IMG/VR virus record: IMGVR_UViG_2579778938_000006
DNA: 36,312 nt
DNA from: a virus
Lineage: Duplodnaviria; Heunggongvirae; Uroviricota; Caudoviricetes
Strand: one strand, 5' to 3'
A program made the position numbers and the translations under genes. Positions 9,017 through 18,293 of this stretch are shown here, one piece after another (the first letter of the stretch is position 1; the number at the start of each line of letters is the position of its first letter). Below the pieces are notes generated by a model. That model worked only from the letters and a program-made list of their open reading frames with translations, did no database searches and was not told where the DNA came from.

Positions 9017-10135
9017 ATGTATCTTTTCAAGTATTACCGTCCGGACTTCTTCTTCGAGAAAGCTATTCGTTATAATGAATTATATTTTTCCGCTCCTGCG
9101 CAATTGAATGATCCTAATGATCTCAATATAGATTATCGTTTTGATAATAAATTGAAATTATGGGATATTTTATTGCGTTCTCCTTGCGATAAATCCTATA
9201 AAAATTTGAGTCACATATTAGATTTGAGTAATTTGAATATACATAAGGGATTGAATCGTATTTTTAGAGGAAAAAAAATAAAAAGTAGCATTGAGTCATT
9301 AGATAGCCTGTTTGACTCACACGTTGATGAGATACGTAAGATCATAAATGATGGTTTACTACCTATCAATGTGATTAATTCCGCTATTTATGGGAATATT
9401 CCTGAACCACGCCAATTTTTGGTCTCACTTTGCGAGAACAGTATCAAAGAAAGGTTGTATAGGAAAATAGTTCCTGCAGTATTCAGTGTGTCATTTTCAG
9501 CTAATGCGTTAGATCGTATGATGTGGGCGCATTATGCTGCAGGCTTTAGTGGTTGTGTTGTGATTTATGAAACGCAGGATTTTAATATTAATGGCGTACC
9601 ACATCCTGGAATGAAGTTAAGAGAAAATTTATTTTCATCAGATAAAATTAATTTTCCAGTTAAGCCAATAAAATATAGTAATCAAGCTAAAGAGGTTTCA
9701 CTTCTAGACCCAAGCGCAAATGTTGCAGAGTTATTTTTAACTAAAAATAGATTTTGGAGATATGAAGCTGAATATCGAATGTTTATTCCAGAGGCAAATG
9801 CAGGAATAGGGAGTGAGCGGCATGTTCAAAGACACGTAAATCGAAATATTGGACATGTTTTTCATCATGATGCTAATGTTGTTAAAGGGATCATTTTTGG
9901 TCCTAGAATGTGTGAAATGAAAAAAGAAAGCATATGGAATTGTATCAAGTCAAATATGGAGAATTCAAATTCAACAATATGTTATTTTTTTGACTCTGAG
10001 TTATCAGCATCAGGAAAGATTACTATTTCAAAAGGGCAACGAGCGGAAAAAATGAAAAATTTCCCTTTGTTCAGGAACAAGTTAAGTCAGACGGAAATGG
10101 CTAAAGTTTTGAAGGAAATTGGCATTACGAACTAA
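9017..10135 (+). CDS. Hypothetical 372-aa cargo protein, DUF2971-like N-terminus; candidate anti-phage gene
   Basis: Very AT-rich; N-terminus LFKYYRPDFFFEKAIRYNELYFSAPAQLNDPNDL resembles the DUF2971 signature as I recall it; own terminator downstream; in the P2 old/tin hotspot position. Confidence 0.6.
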   Translation: MYLFKYYRPDFFFEKAIRYNELYFSAPAQLNDPNDLNIDYRFDNKLKLWDILLRSPCDKSYKNLSHILDLSNLNIHKGLNRIFRGKKIKSSIESLDSLFDSHVDEIRKIINDGLLPINVINSAIYGNIPEPRQFLVSLCENSIKERLYRKIVPAVFSVSFSANALDRMMWAHYAAGFSGCVVIYETQDFNINGVPHPGMKLRENLFSSDKINFPVKPIKYSNQAKEVSLLDPSANVAELFLTKNRFWRYEAEYRMFIPEANAGIGSERHVQRHVNRNIGHVFHHDANVVKGIIFGPRMCEMKKESIWNCIKSNMENSNSTICYFFDSELSASGKITISKGQRAEKMKNFPLFRNKLSQTEMAKVLKEIGITN

Positions 10136-10201
10136 CCTAACAACAGTGCATGCCTATGCTGCCTGAATTTGCATGACCGTTTGAGGATCGTTTTTGCTAA
10201 G

Positions 10202-10225
10202 GCCCGCCAGAACTGGCGGGCTTTT
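10202..10225 (+). terminator. Rho-independent terminator (GCCCGCC-agaact-GGCGGGC-TTTT)
   Basis: 7-bp GC stem, 6-nt loop, T-run; 67 bp downstream of the 372-aa gene stop. Confidence 0.7.
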
Positions 10226-10270
10226 GCGTGGATCAGGCACCTGCATGAAAACCACTACACAAAGCGGGCA

Positions 10271-10283
10271 GGCGTGGCGGGGA
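10271..10283. other. cos: cos-like motif GGCGTGGCGGGGA (possible cohesive-end site)
   Basis: Matches the first 13 nt of the P2/186 19-nt cohesive end as I remember it (GGCG[A/T]GGCGGGGAAAGCA); diverges after that. Confidence 0.3.
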
Positions 10284-10409
10284 TACGAGCGCGCGCTAGA
10301 AACGTTTACTGATATTCTTGTAGTACATTGCATTTTTCTTTTTTTATGTCATATCATTAGCCATTTGAATAGGACATTATTATCAATTTGTTGTCTCTGA
10401 GGATAAGTT

Positions 10410-12191
10410 ATGAATTTTGATGCAACACCACTAAATATAAAAAACATTCTATCTGTAAAACAAAGATATGTTATTCCTCGTAATCAACGTGAGTTTAGTT
10501 GGGAAAAGCTTCAGCTTGAAGAGTTATGGCAAGATATTGTCAGAAACATAAGGTTGAATGAAGATGGACAGAACTTGGAGTGTTCAGAATATTTTATAGG
10601 GACTATTGTTCTTTCTGGAGCAGATAGTGATGATGTATTAGAAGTGGTTGATGGACAACAACGATTTTCAGTTATTACTATATTGCTTTCATTAATATCG
10701 CGTAAATTGCGTTCCTTAGGGCAAGATTCATTAGCGGATGATATATTTAAAACATATATCGTTACTGTGAGTCCTACATTTAGCAGAAGCCAATTAGCTT
10801 CAAATGGTGAGACATTTATTGAAAAATTAGCAAAAAATAGCGATAGAACATATTTTAAGTTAAAATATCAAGATCGCGAAGAGCATCAAGTTGATGAATC
10901 TTGTGAAGAGGATGTACGTATAAGTTATGCAGGAATTTTTCTTTCTAGAAAACTAGGGAGGAAATCACTCTGTTCTGCATTGTTGCGAGATGGTGCAAAA
11001 CATTATAATAACCAAGATTATATATTTTGTTTGACTGCTGTATATAGAATGATTACCAATTATTTGAAGTTGGTAAAAATATCTGTAGGTAAGGAGGATG
11101 ATGCTTATGATATTTTTGAAGTGTTGAATGCTCGAGGGATAAACTTAAGTTCAATTGATTTGATAAAGAATAAAGTATTCCAAACTTGCACTCAAACATA
11201 TCCGGTAGATATTGCAAAAACAAAATGGGATTATATCGTTACTCAAATTGAGTCTAGGGATAGTAATAGCACTATTGCTGATTATATTAGAACGTGGTGG
11301 CTTTCTAAGTATAATTATATTGGAGAAGATCAACTTTATCGTGCTTTTAAACGTGAGATTCAAGATGAGAATACTTTATTGTCATCAGCATCATTTCTGA
11401 ACGAATTATATGATGATGTTGAATTATACTGTAAAATAATAGCGCCAAATACAGATGACTGGCCTCAACCTGATCAGCGTGAAATTTACAACTCGTTAAA
11501 AGCATTCGAGATTTTTAATGTGAGTATTCCTCGACCATTTGTACTCTCATTACTTAGAAAACGTAAAGAGAAACCGAGAGCCCTTACACAATCAATGCTG
11601 ATAGAATGTTTGAAGTCCTTAGAGTCATTTCACTTTAAGTTTAATGCAGTATGTCGTCTAAGACCATCTGGAATCGATGCAAAATATTCTGTATTAGCAG
11701 TAAGAATGAATAAGGCATTAAATAAAAGAGATGTTGAGGGTGTTATTAATGACGCGTTAGATTATTTTACACAGAAAGGGCCTTCAGAAAATATATTCAA
11801 ACAAGCATTTTCAAAGAATATTGTTTATACAAATAAAAAGTCTGGGCAAAGGAAGTTGATTGTTTATATTTTTGACAAATTGGAACGTATCAGACGAGGG
11901 ACACGAGAGTTAAAAATGGATATAGTTTCTTTGGAACACATATCATCTCAAAGCAAAACTAACGAGTCAGTCGTGGGTATGATTGGTAATTTACTACCAC
12001 TCTGTTTTTCACTTAATGAAGATTGCAAAAATTATGAGTTGCACAAAAAAATAGAATCTTATAAAAAATCTGATTTAAAATTAGTTACAGAGTTTGTTAG
12101 TGAGTCAGAAGCAAGAGAACATAAATGGGATGATTCATTAATAAAAGAAAGAACAGATAGCTTGGCGTTAGAAACGTTTGCTAAAATATAA
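10410..12191 (+). CDS. DUF262 (ParB-like/GmrS) + DUF1524 (His-Me finger/GmrD) fusion nuclease, 593 aa; GmrSD/BrxU-like type IV restriction candidate
   Basis: Motifs VIPRNQREFSWE, VDGQQRFSVI, FEVLNARGINLSSIDLIKNK (DUF262) and SLEHISSQ...GNLLPL...NEDCKN (DUF1524-like); AT-rich; GAGGA SD. Confidence 0.8.
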   Translation: MNFDATPLNIKNILSVKQRYVIPRNQREFSWEKLQLEELWQDIVRNIRLNEDGQNLECSEYFIGTIVLSGADSDDVLEVVDGQQRFSVITILLSLISRKLRSLGQDSLADDIFKTYIVTVSPTFSRSQLASNGETFIEKLAKNSDRTYFKLKYQDREEHQVDESCEEDVRISYAGIFLSRKLGRKSLCSALLRDGAKHYNNQDYIFCLTAVYRMITNYLKLVKISVGKEDDAYDIFEVLNARGINLSSIDLIKNKVFQTCTQTYPVDIAKTKWDYIVTQIESRDSNSTIADYIRTWWLSKYNYIGEDQLYRAFKREIQDENTLLSSASFLNELYDDVELYCKIIAPNTDDWPQPDQREIYNSLKAFEIFNVSIPRPFVLSLLRKRKEKPRALTQSMLIECLKSLESFHFKFNAVCRLRPSGIDAKYSVLAVRMNKALNKRDVEGVINDALDYFTQKGPSENIFKQAFSKNIVYTNKKSGQRKLIVYIFDKLERIRRGTRELKMDIVSLEHISSQSKTNESVVGMIGNLLPLCFSLNEDCKNYELHKKIESYKKSDLKLVTEFVSESEAREHKWDDSLIKERTDSLALETFAKI

Positions 12192-12197
12192 GTTCAG

Positions 12198-12218
12198 TGG
12201 CAGGTATAGTACCTGCCA
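12198..12218. terminator. Perfect hairpin (TGGCAGGTA-tag-TACCTGCCA) between convergent genes; possible bidirectional terminator
   Basis: 9-bp stem with 3-nt loop between the stop of the DUF262 gene and the stop of Q; no strong T-run. Confidence 0.4.
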
Positions 12219-12227
12219 TTATTCAAT

Positions 12228-13265
12228 TCACATACACTCCACAGAGTATTCACTGAATGAGATGATGTTTTTTTTAGCCCATTCATTAAGTTGCAGAATA
12301 TGTTTTTGAATTGGTAGTAACTCATTCATAACAAATACTTTCGCGGCCTTTTCCACATCCCCAAACCCCCCAACATTATTAGGCATAATCCCCATCATTT
12401 GCGGTGGCACACGATGCGCCGCCATCATGTCATCCCGGCTCACGTTCTTGATGTTTAGAAACTCATCCTTCGCCGCCACTTCTGACAACGGGATAATCTG
12501 AAGTCCGTCCTTTTTCCCGTTAGGCGAGTACATAAATAGGTTGCGGAAGTTACCTGGTCCTTTGGCGCTTTTCATCGCATTGCGGAGGTTGTTCACGTCC
12601 TCCTGGTTCTGCGCGGCATCGGTCATGTACATGATGAAGCCAGCATGACTGCCGTTTATGTAATACTTTCGACGGAACAGCGTGGCGGACTCATTGAGCA
12701 GGGCGGACGGAATAGCAGAAAGATAGCCGGGCAGGCCATAGATCTCCTGATTTATGTCCGGTTCCATCAGATGGAAAATGCTGCCTTTCGTGAACTGATA
12801 CGGCTGCGTAGTCATGCCGTATTGCACAAACCAGTAGGTATCCAGGTCTAATCCGCGTCGGGTGTATTTTGCCAGAGCAGGCTCAAGGGCGATAACTTCA
12901 CCGAACCGGTTTGTGCGTTTCTCCAGGTAGGCGTTACCAAATACCAGATAGTCCTGCACAAAACGCGAAAAAGCCTGCTGGCTGAGCAGCGGATGAGGGA
13001 TATAGGTACTGGTCAGAATGTTGCATTTCACCGCAATTGGTGAACTGTGGTGCACGGCAGCGCGGAAGGTGCGCGCCAGTCCGTCAAAGCTGACGGGCGG
13101 CTCATACCAGCGATCTGTCTGTACGCATTCCACATAGTCCAGCAGTTCTCGGCGGTCCAGAACAGGAACGGGATCGCCGAAGCTGAATACTTCGGCTGTA
13201 GTCTGGCTTTTAAGCTGGATCTGTTTCGTCGCCGCAGCGCGGTTTTTCTTACTCTTTCCCATCAA
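12228..13265 (-). CDS. Q: Portal protein (P2 gpQ)
   Basis: 345-aa ORF, P2 synteny (Q-P leftward, O-N-M-L rightward); overlaps the P stop. Confidence 0.85.
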   Translation of the reverse strand: MMGKSKKNRAAATKQIQLKSQTTAEVFSFGDPVPVLDRRELLDYVECVQTDRWYEPPVSFDGLARTFRAAVHHSSPIAVKCNILTSTYIPHPLLSQQAFSRFVQDYLVFGNAYLEKRTNRFGEVIALEPALAKYTRRGLDLDTYWFVQYGMTTQPYQFTKGSIFHLMEPDINQEIYGLPGYLSAIPSALLNESATLFRRKYYINGSHAGFIMYMTDAAQNQEDVNNLRNAMKSAKGPGNFRNLFMYSPNGKKDGLQIIPLSEVAAKDEFLNIKNVSRDDMMAAHRVPPQMMGIMPNNVGGFGDVEKAAKVFVMNELLPIQKHILQLNEWAKKNIISFSEYSVECM

Positions 13266-15028
13266 AAAATCTCCACAATATTGCTGGTATTGGCGGACTC
13301 GCCCTGCAGCGGTTCGTTAAACAGTGCGTGCATTGTTGCCCAGGCCAGATCGGCATGGCTGGTTTCTTCGCTGCGGCTGGCTTCATAGGTTGGGCGGTTG
13401 CCGCTGGCAGTGGTGGCGCGACGGATTGCCATAAAGGACTGCGCTATGTCGGTGTGCCCGGCGTCAAACTCTAGGCGGCGGTGGCTAATAATGTCGTAGG
13501 CCTTGAGTACCAGGGCGTTTTTAACGTTGGGGTTGTAGACAAACTCCCGGATGGCAGGAAAAAACGCTTTCACGTTCTCGTAAACCCCGTGACCGACGCC
13601 GGTTGAGTCGATACCGATATATGTCACGTTGTACTGTTCGGTCAGTTTTTTGATGGCGTCAGCCTGGGCGCGGAAGTCCATTCCGCGCCACTGGTGACGC
13701 TCAAGAATGCGGAACTTACCACCTGGCACGGCTGGCGGTGCCACCACCACGCATCCGGCGCTGTCGCCGTTCTGCGTACCTTTTGCCGGGTCATAACCGA
13801 TCCACACTTCGCGCCAGCCAAACGGGCGCAGCGCCAGTGCATGAAAGTCGGTCCAGACTTCCCAGCTGTCTACCATGCACGCCTGCAGCTCGCTGAGCGG
13901 GAATACGGACGCGAGATCGTCCACGAACTCACACATCAGCAGATTCTGGTATTCGTCCGGGCTGTACTCCATGCGCAACTGGTCAAGGTCGAACAGGTTA
14001 CATCCGCCGCGCACCGCATCTTCCACAGTGACTATCTGGCGGTACTGCCCGTCTGCGCACAGCAGGCCGGGGGCCAGATTGCTGTGGGACAGGTCGATGT
14101 CCACCTTATCGGCTTTGTTGCGCCCTCGGTTGAACAGCGCACCGGACCAGAACGGATAAGCACTGTGTGTCAGGCTGGATGGCGTGGAAAAATAGGTCTG
14201 TCGCCATTTTTTGTGAATAGCCATACCGGAAGCCACTTTGCGCAGCTCCTGGAATTTCGGTATCCAGAAATATTCATCCAGATACAGGTTGCCGTGGTAA
14301 CTCTGGGCCGTGCGGGCATTGGTGCCGAGGAAGTAAAGCGTGGCCCCGTTAGGAAGCACCATCGGATCACCTTTCAGCTCCACCTCGACTTCTTTGGCGA
14401 AATCGATGATGTACTGCTTAAAGACGTGAGCCTGTGCCTTACTGGCAGAAAGGAAAATCTGGTTACGTCCGGTAAGCAGGGCGTCAATCAGGGCCTCACG
14501 GGCAAAATAGAAGGTCGCGCCGATCTGGCGTGACTTTAGCAGGTTGCGGATGCGGTTGGTTTTTCCGGCTTCCCACCAGTGGCGCTGGTAGTTAAACATG
14601 GAGGAATGGAAAATTTCTTCCAGCTTCTCAATTTGTTCATCGGTGAAAACATTCTTTTCAGGCTGACGGCGTGGGCCTTTGTTGCGGTTGGCGACGTTAG
14701 GGTTTAAGTCGGCTTCGTTGCCGCCATTGTTAAACTTGCCGATCCGCGCGTGGCGTTCAGACTGGCGCGCCAGCAGGTCAATCTCTTTGAAATCTTTCCC
14801 TTCTTTGTGCTCCTTCATGATGAGCTGGCAGTAGCGTGCGGCGGTGGTGAGCTGCATCTGATCCAGCGGCCCATAGTCACCCCACTTGTCGCGTTTTTTC
14901 CAGCTGTGAACGGTTGCAACTTTCTCGCCCAGCATTTCAGCAATGCGGGCTACGCGGTATCCCTGAAAGTACAGCAGCATGGCCTGCCGACGGGGATCGA
15001 GATCTGCGGGTGTCAGTGTGGTGTTCAT
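13262..15028 (-). CDS. P: Terminase large (ATPase) subunit (P2 gpP)
   Basis: 588-aa ORF, synteny with Q; divergent from O. Confidence 0.85.
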   Translation of the reverse strand: MNTTLTPADLDPRRQAMLLYFQGYRVARIAEMLGEKVATVHSWKKRDKWGDYGPLDQMQLTTAARYCQLIMKEHKEGKDFKEIDLLARQSERHARIGKFNNGGNEADLNPNVANRNKGPRRQPEKNVFTDEQIEKLEEIFHSSMFNYQRHWWEAGKTNRIRNLLKSRQIGATFYFAREALIDALLTGRNQIFLSASKAQAHVFKQYIIDFAKEVEVELKGDPMVLPNGATLYFLGTNARTAQSYHGNLYLDEYFWIPKFQELRKVASGMAIHKKWRQTYFSTPSSLTHSAYPFWSGALFNRGRNKADKVDIDLSHSNLAPGLLCADGQYRQIVTVEDAVRGGCNLFDLDQLRMEYSPDEYQNLLMCEFVDDLASVFPLSELQACMVDSWEVWTDFHALALRPFGWREVWIGYDPAKGTQNGDSAGCVVVAPPAVPGGKFRILERHQWRGMDFRAQADAIKKLTEQYNVTYIGIDSTGVGHGVYENVKAFFPAIREFVYNPNVKNALVLKAYDIISHRRLEFDAGHTDIAQSFMAIRRATTASGNRPTYEASRSEETSHADLAWATMHALFNEPLQGESANTSNIVEIF

Positions 15029-15074
15029 GGCACAAACCTACAGCCTTGAATGAAGGCTTTCCCCGCCTGCGGTT

Positions 15075-15092
15075 TGTGTGGTTGTCGGTACA
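15075..15092. promoter_or_regulatory. TGT-N12-ACA dyad (Ogr/Delta activator site) in the divergent P/O late-promoter region
   Basis: TGTgtggttgtcggtACA; the 142-bp P-O intergenic region is where P2 late promoters PP/PO lie. Confidence 0.5.
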
Positions 15093-15170
15093 AATACCGC
15101 GCATTGTTTCACTGCCCCCATCACCGCAACCATAAGGCTCCAGTAAGTTTTTTCTAACGGAGCACGGCTC

Positions 15171-16004
15171 ATGACAGTGAAAGCAAAGCGTTTTCGCATC
15201 GGGGTGGAAGGTGCCACTACCGACGGACGTGAAATCCAGCGTGAATGGCTGGAACAGATGGCAGCCAGCTACAACCCGGCGGTGTATACCGCGCTGATTA
15301 ACCTTGAGCACATCAAGTCTTATCTGCCGGACAGCACCTTTAACCGCTACGGCAAGGTGACGGCGCTGTTTGCTGAAGAAATCACGGAAGGTCCGCTGGC
15401 GGGCAAGATGGCGCTGTATGCCGACGTTGAGCCAACGGAGTCCCTGGTGGAGCTGGTGAAAAAAGGCCAGAAATTATTCACATCTATGGAAGTCAGCCCA
15501 AAGTTTGCTGATACGGGCAAAGCCTACCTGGTCGGCCTGGCGGCCACTGATGACCCTGCCAGTCTGGGCACTGAAATGCTGACATTCAGCGCCAGTGCAG
15601 CCCATAACCCGCTGGCAAACCGCAAGCAGAATCCCGCCAATCTTTTTACCGCTGCAGAGGAAACGGTGATCGAACTGGAAGAAATCCAGGAGGACAAGCC
15701 GTCCCTGTTTGCCCGTGTCACGGCGCTGTTTACCAAAAAAGAGCAGTCCGATGACGCCCGGTTCTCTGATGTGCATAAGGCCGTGGAGCTGGTCGCCACT
15801 GAGCAGCAGAACCTGAGCGCACGCACCGAAAAATCCCTGTCTGAGCAGGAAGAACGCCTGTCTGAGCTGGAGACTGCTCTGCAGGAGCAGCAAACCGCCT
15901 TTAACGAACTGGTGAATAAGCTGAGTCATGAAGACAGCCGCCAGGACTACCGCCAGCGTGCAACAGGCGGTAACGCCCCCGCTGACACTCTGACCAATTG
16001 CTGA
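15171..16004 (+). CDS. O: Capsid scaffolding protein (P2 gpO)
   Basis: 277-aa ORF; synteny; acidic coiled-coil-like C-terminal half. Confidence 0.85.
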   Translation: MTVKAKRFRIGVEGATTDGREIQREWLEQMAASYNPAVYTALINLEHIKSYLPDSTFNRYGKVTALFAEEITEGPLAGKMALYADVEPTESLVELVKKGQKLFTSMEVSPKFADTGKAYLVGLAATDDPASLGTEMLTFSASAAHNPLANRKQNPANLFTAAEETVIELEEIQEDKPSLFARVTALFTKKEQSDDARFSDVHKAVELVATEQQNLSARTEKSLSEQEERLSELETALQEQQTAFNELVNKLSHEDSRQDYRQRATGGNAPADTLTNC

Positions 16005-16020
16005 TGGAGCACAAAACCTG

Positions 16021-17079
16021 ATGAAGAAGAATACCCGCTTTGCTTTTAACGCTTACCTGCAGCAACTGGCACGTCTGAACGGTGTGGCAGTTGAAGAACT
16101 GTCCAGCAAGTTCACTGTAGAGCCGTCTGTGCAGCAGACGCTGGAAGACCAGATCCAGCAGTCCGCCGCTTTCCTGACGCTGATTAACGTCACGCCAGTG
16201 ACTGAGCAGTCCGGTCAGCTGCTGGGGCTGGGTGTTGGCAGCACCATTGCCGGAACCACTGACACCACCGCGAAAGAGCGTGAACCTGTCGATCCGACGC
16301 TGATGGTCGATGTGGAATACAAATGCGAGCAGACCAACTTTGACACGGTGCTGACCTACGCGAAGCTGGACCTGTGGGCGAAGTTTCAGGATTTCCAGGT
16401 GCGTATCCGTGACGCCATCGTGAAACGTCAGGCACTGGACCGCATCATGATCGGCTTTAACGGCGTGAAGCGTGCGAAAACCTCCAACCGTAGTGAAAAC
16501 CCGCTGCTGCAGGATGTGAACAAAGGCTGGCTGCAGAAAATCCGTGAGGATGCACCGGATCACGTCATGGGCAGCACCACCACGGGCGGCGAAACCACAC
16601 CGGGTGCGGTGAAAGTCGGGAAAGGTGGCGAATATGCCAACCTGGACGCTGTGGTGATGGATGCGGTCAATGAGCTTATCGACGTGGTCTACCAGGACGA
16701 TGACGATCTGGTGGTGATTTGCGGTCGTGAACTGCTGTCTGACAAGTATTTCCCGCTGGTCAACAAAGAGCAGGAAAACAGTGAAAAACTGGCAGCCGAT
16801 ATGATCATCAGTCAGAAACGCATGGGTGGCCTGCAGGCCGTGCGTGCGCCGTTCTTCCCGCCGAATGCGCTGCTGATCACCCGTCTGGATAACCTGTCCA
16901 TCTACTGGCAGGAAGATACCCGCCGCCGTTCAGTTATCGACAACCCGAAACGTGACCGGATTGAAAATTTTGAATCCGTTAACGAAGCCTATGTGGTTGA
17001 GGACTACCGCTGCGCCGCACTGGTGGAAAACATCCAGATTGGTGACTTCAGCGCCGCCGCAGCAGAAACCGGAGTGTAA
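16021..17079 (+). CDS. N: Major capsid protein (P2 gpN)
   Basis: 352-aa ORF following O. Confidence 0.85.
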   Translation: MKKNTRFAFNAYLQQLARLNGVAVEELSSKFTVEPSVQQTLEDQIQQSAAFLTLINVTPVTEQSGQLLGLGVGSTIAGTTDTTAKEREPVDPTLMVDVEYKCEQTNFDTVLTYAKLDLWAKFQDFQVRIRDAIVKRQALDRIMIGFNGVKRAKTSNRSENPLLQDVNKGWLQKIREDAPDHVMGSTTTGGETTPGAVKVGKGGEYANLDAVVMDAVNELIDVVYQDDDDLVVICGRELLSDKYFPLVNKEQENSEKLAADMIISQKRMGGLQAVRAPFFPPNALLITRLDNLSIYWQEDTRRRSVIDNPKRDRIENFESVNEAYVVEDYRCAALVENIQIGDFSAAAAETGV

Positions 17080-17082
17080 TTC

Positions 17083-17733
17083 ATGAGCCTGAGTCCCGCA
17101 CGGCAGCATCGCCTGCGCGTTCAGGCTGAACAGACCGCTCGCGAGGGTGGCAGTGTTCGCCACGCGTCGGGCTATGACCTGATGCTGCTGCAACTGGCGG
17201 AAGACCGCCGCCGTCTCAAGGGCGTTCAGTCCACGGTCAAAAAAGCGGAAATCAAGGTGGAACTGCTGCCGAAATACGCCGCCTGGGCAGAGGGTGTCCT
17301 GGCTGGCGGAGGCGCGCAACAGGATGACGTGCTGATGTACGTGATGCTGTGGCGCATTGATGCCGGAGATTATGCCGGGGCGCTGGAGATCGGGCGTCAC
17401 GCCCTGCGTCATGGCTGGGTGATGCCGTTGGGTAACCGCAACGTGCAGACCGTGCTGGCAGAGGAAATGGCAGACGCGGCGCAGAGCGCAATGCTTGCCG
17501 CCACCGGCTTTGATGCTGATCTGTTGCTGCAGACGCTGGAGCTGACTGACGGTCTGGATATGCCGGACCAGTCACGGGCACGTCTGCATAAAGCGATTGG
17601 CGCTGTCCTGAGTGAAAGCAATCCGGCTTCCGCCCTTAATCATCTCAACCATGCGTTACAGCTCGATCCCCGCTGTGGCGTGAAAAAAGACAAACAGCAG
17701 CTGGAGCGCAGACTGCGCAATGACAGCCGCTGA
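17083..17733 (+). CDS. M: Terminase small/endonuclease subunit (P2 gpM)
   Basis: 216-aa ORF following N. Confidence 0.8.
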   Translation: MSLSPARQHRLRVQAEQTAREGGSVRHASGYDLMLLQLAEDRRRLKGVQSTVKKAEIKVELLPKYAAWAEGVLAGGGAQQDDVLMYVMLWRIDAGDYAGALEIGRHALRHGWVMPLGNRNVQTVLAEEMADAAQSAMLAATGFDADLLLQTLELTDGLDMPDQSRARLHKAIGAVLSESNPASALNHLNHALQLDPRCGVKKDKQQLERRLRNDSR

Positions 17734-17828
17734 CAGAACGTGCCCCCGCGCACGGGCGGCACGGGGTGGCGAAAGGCACTGCCACATCAAAACCCCGTCC
17801 ACCGCCCTTTATTTCAGGAGAAAGCAGC

Positions 17829-18293
17829 ATGAAGTTTGTTGCGCCAGAACAGGCACCGGAACAGGCGGAAATCATCAGAAATACGCCGTTCTGGCCTGAT
17901 GTGGACCTGTCGGAGTTTCGCAGTGTCATGCGCACTGACGGCACGGTGACGCAGCCGCGTTTAAAGCAGGTTGCGCTGTCGGCAATTTCGGAGGTCAACG
18001 CAGAGCTGTATGAGTTTCGCAGACGCCAGCAGATGCTGGGGTATGCCTCGCTGGCAGAAGTCCCGGCGGAACAACTGGACGGCAAAAGCGAGCGCATTCA
18101 GCACTATTTCAACGCGGTTTACTGCTGGGCACGCGCCATGCTCAACGAACGTTACCAGGACTATGACGCCACGGCATCCGGTGCGAAGCGGGGCGAGGAA
18201 CTGGCGGAAGCAAGCGGTGATTTATGGCGTGACGCCCGCTGGGCCATCAGCCGGGTGCAGGATGCGCCGCACTGCACAGTGGAGCTTATCTGA
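17829..18293 (+). CDS. L: Head completion/stabilisation protein (P2 gpL)
   Basis: AGGAG SD before ATG 17829; synteny. Confidence 0.8.
   Translation: MKFVAPEQAPEQAEIIRNTPFWPDVDLSEFRSVMRTDGTVTQPRLKQVALSAISEVNAELYEFRRRQQMLGYASLAEVPAEQLDGKSERIQHYFNAVYCWARAMLNERYQDYDATASGAKRGEELAEASGDLWRDARWAISRVQDAPHCTVELI

Noticed and set aside
9017-12191. Possibility that the 372-aa and 593-aa hotspot genes form one two-gene operon
   Set aside because: A rho-independent terminator (10202..10225), a 275-bp gap and a cos-like motif separate them, so they are treated as independent cargo; functional cooperation is not excluded.
15901-16563. 220-aa minus-strand ORF overlapping O/N, and other antisense ORFs in the capsid and tail genes (13694..14533, 16930..17412, 27511..27987, 31862..32673)
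   Set aside because: All antisense to P2-synteny structural genes with no independent support.
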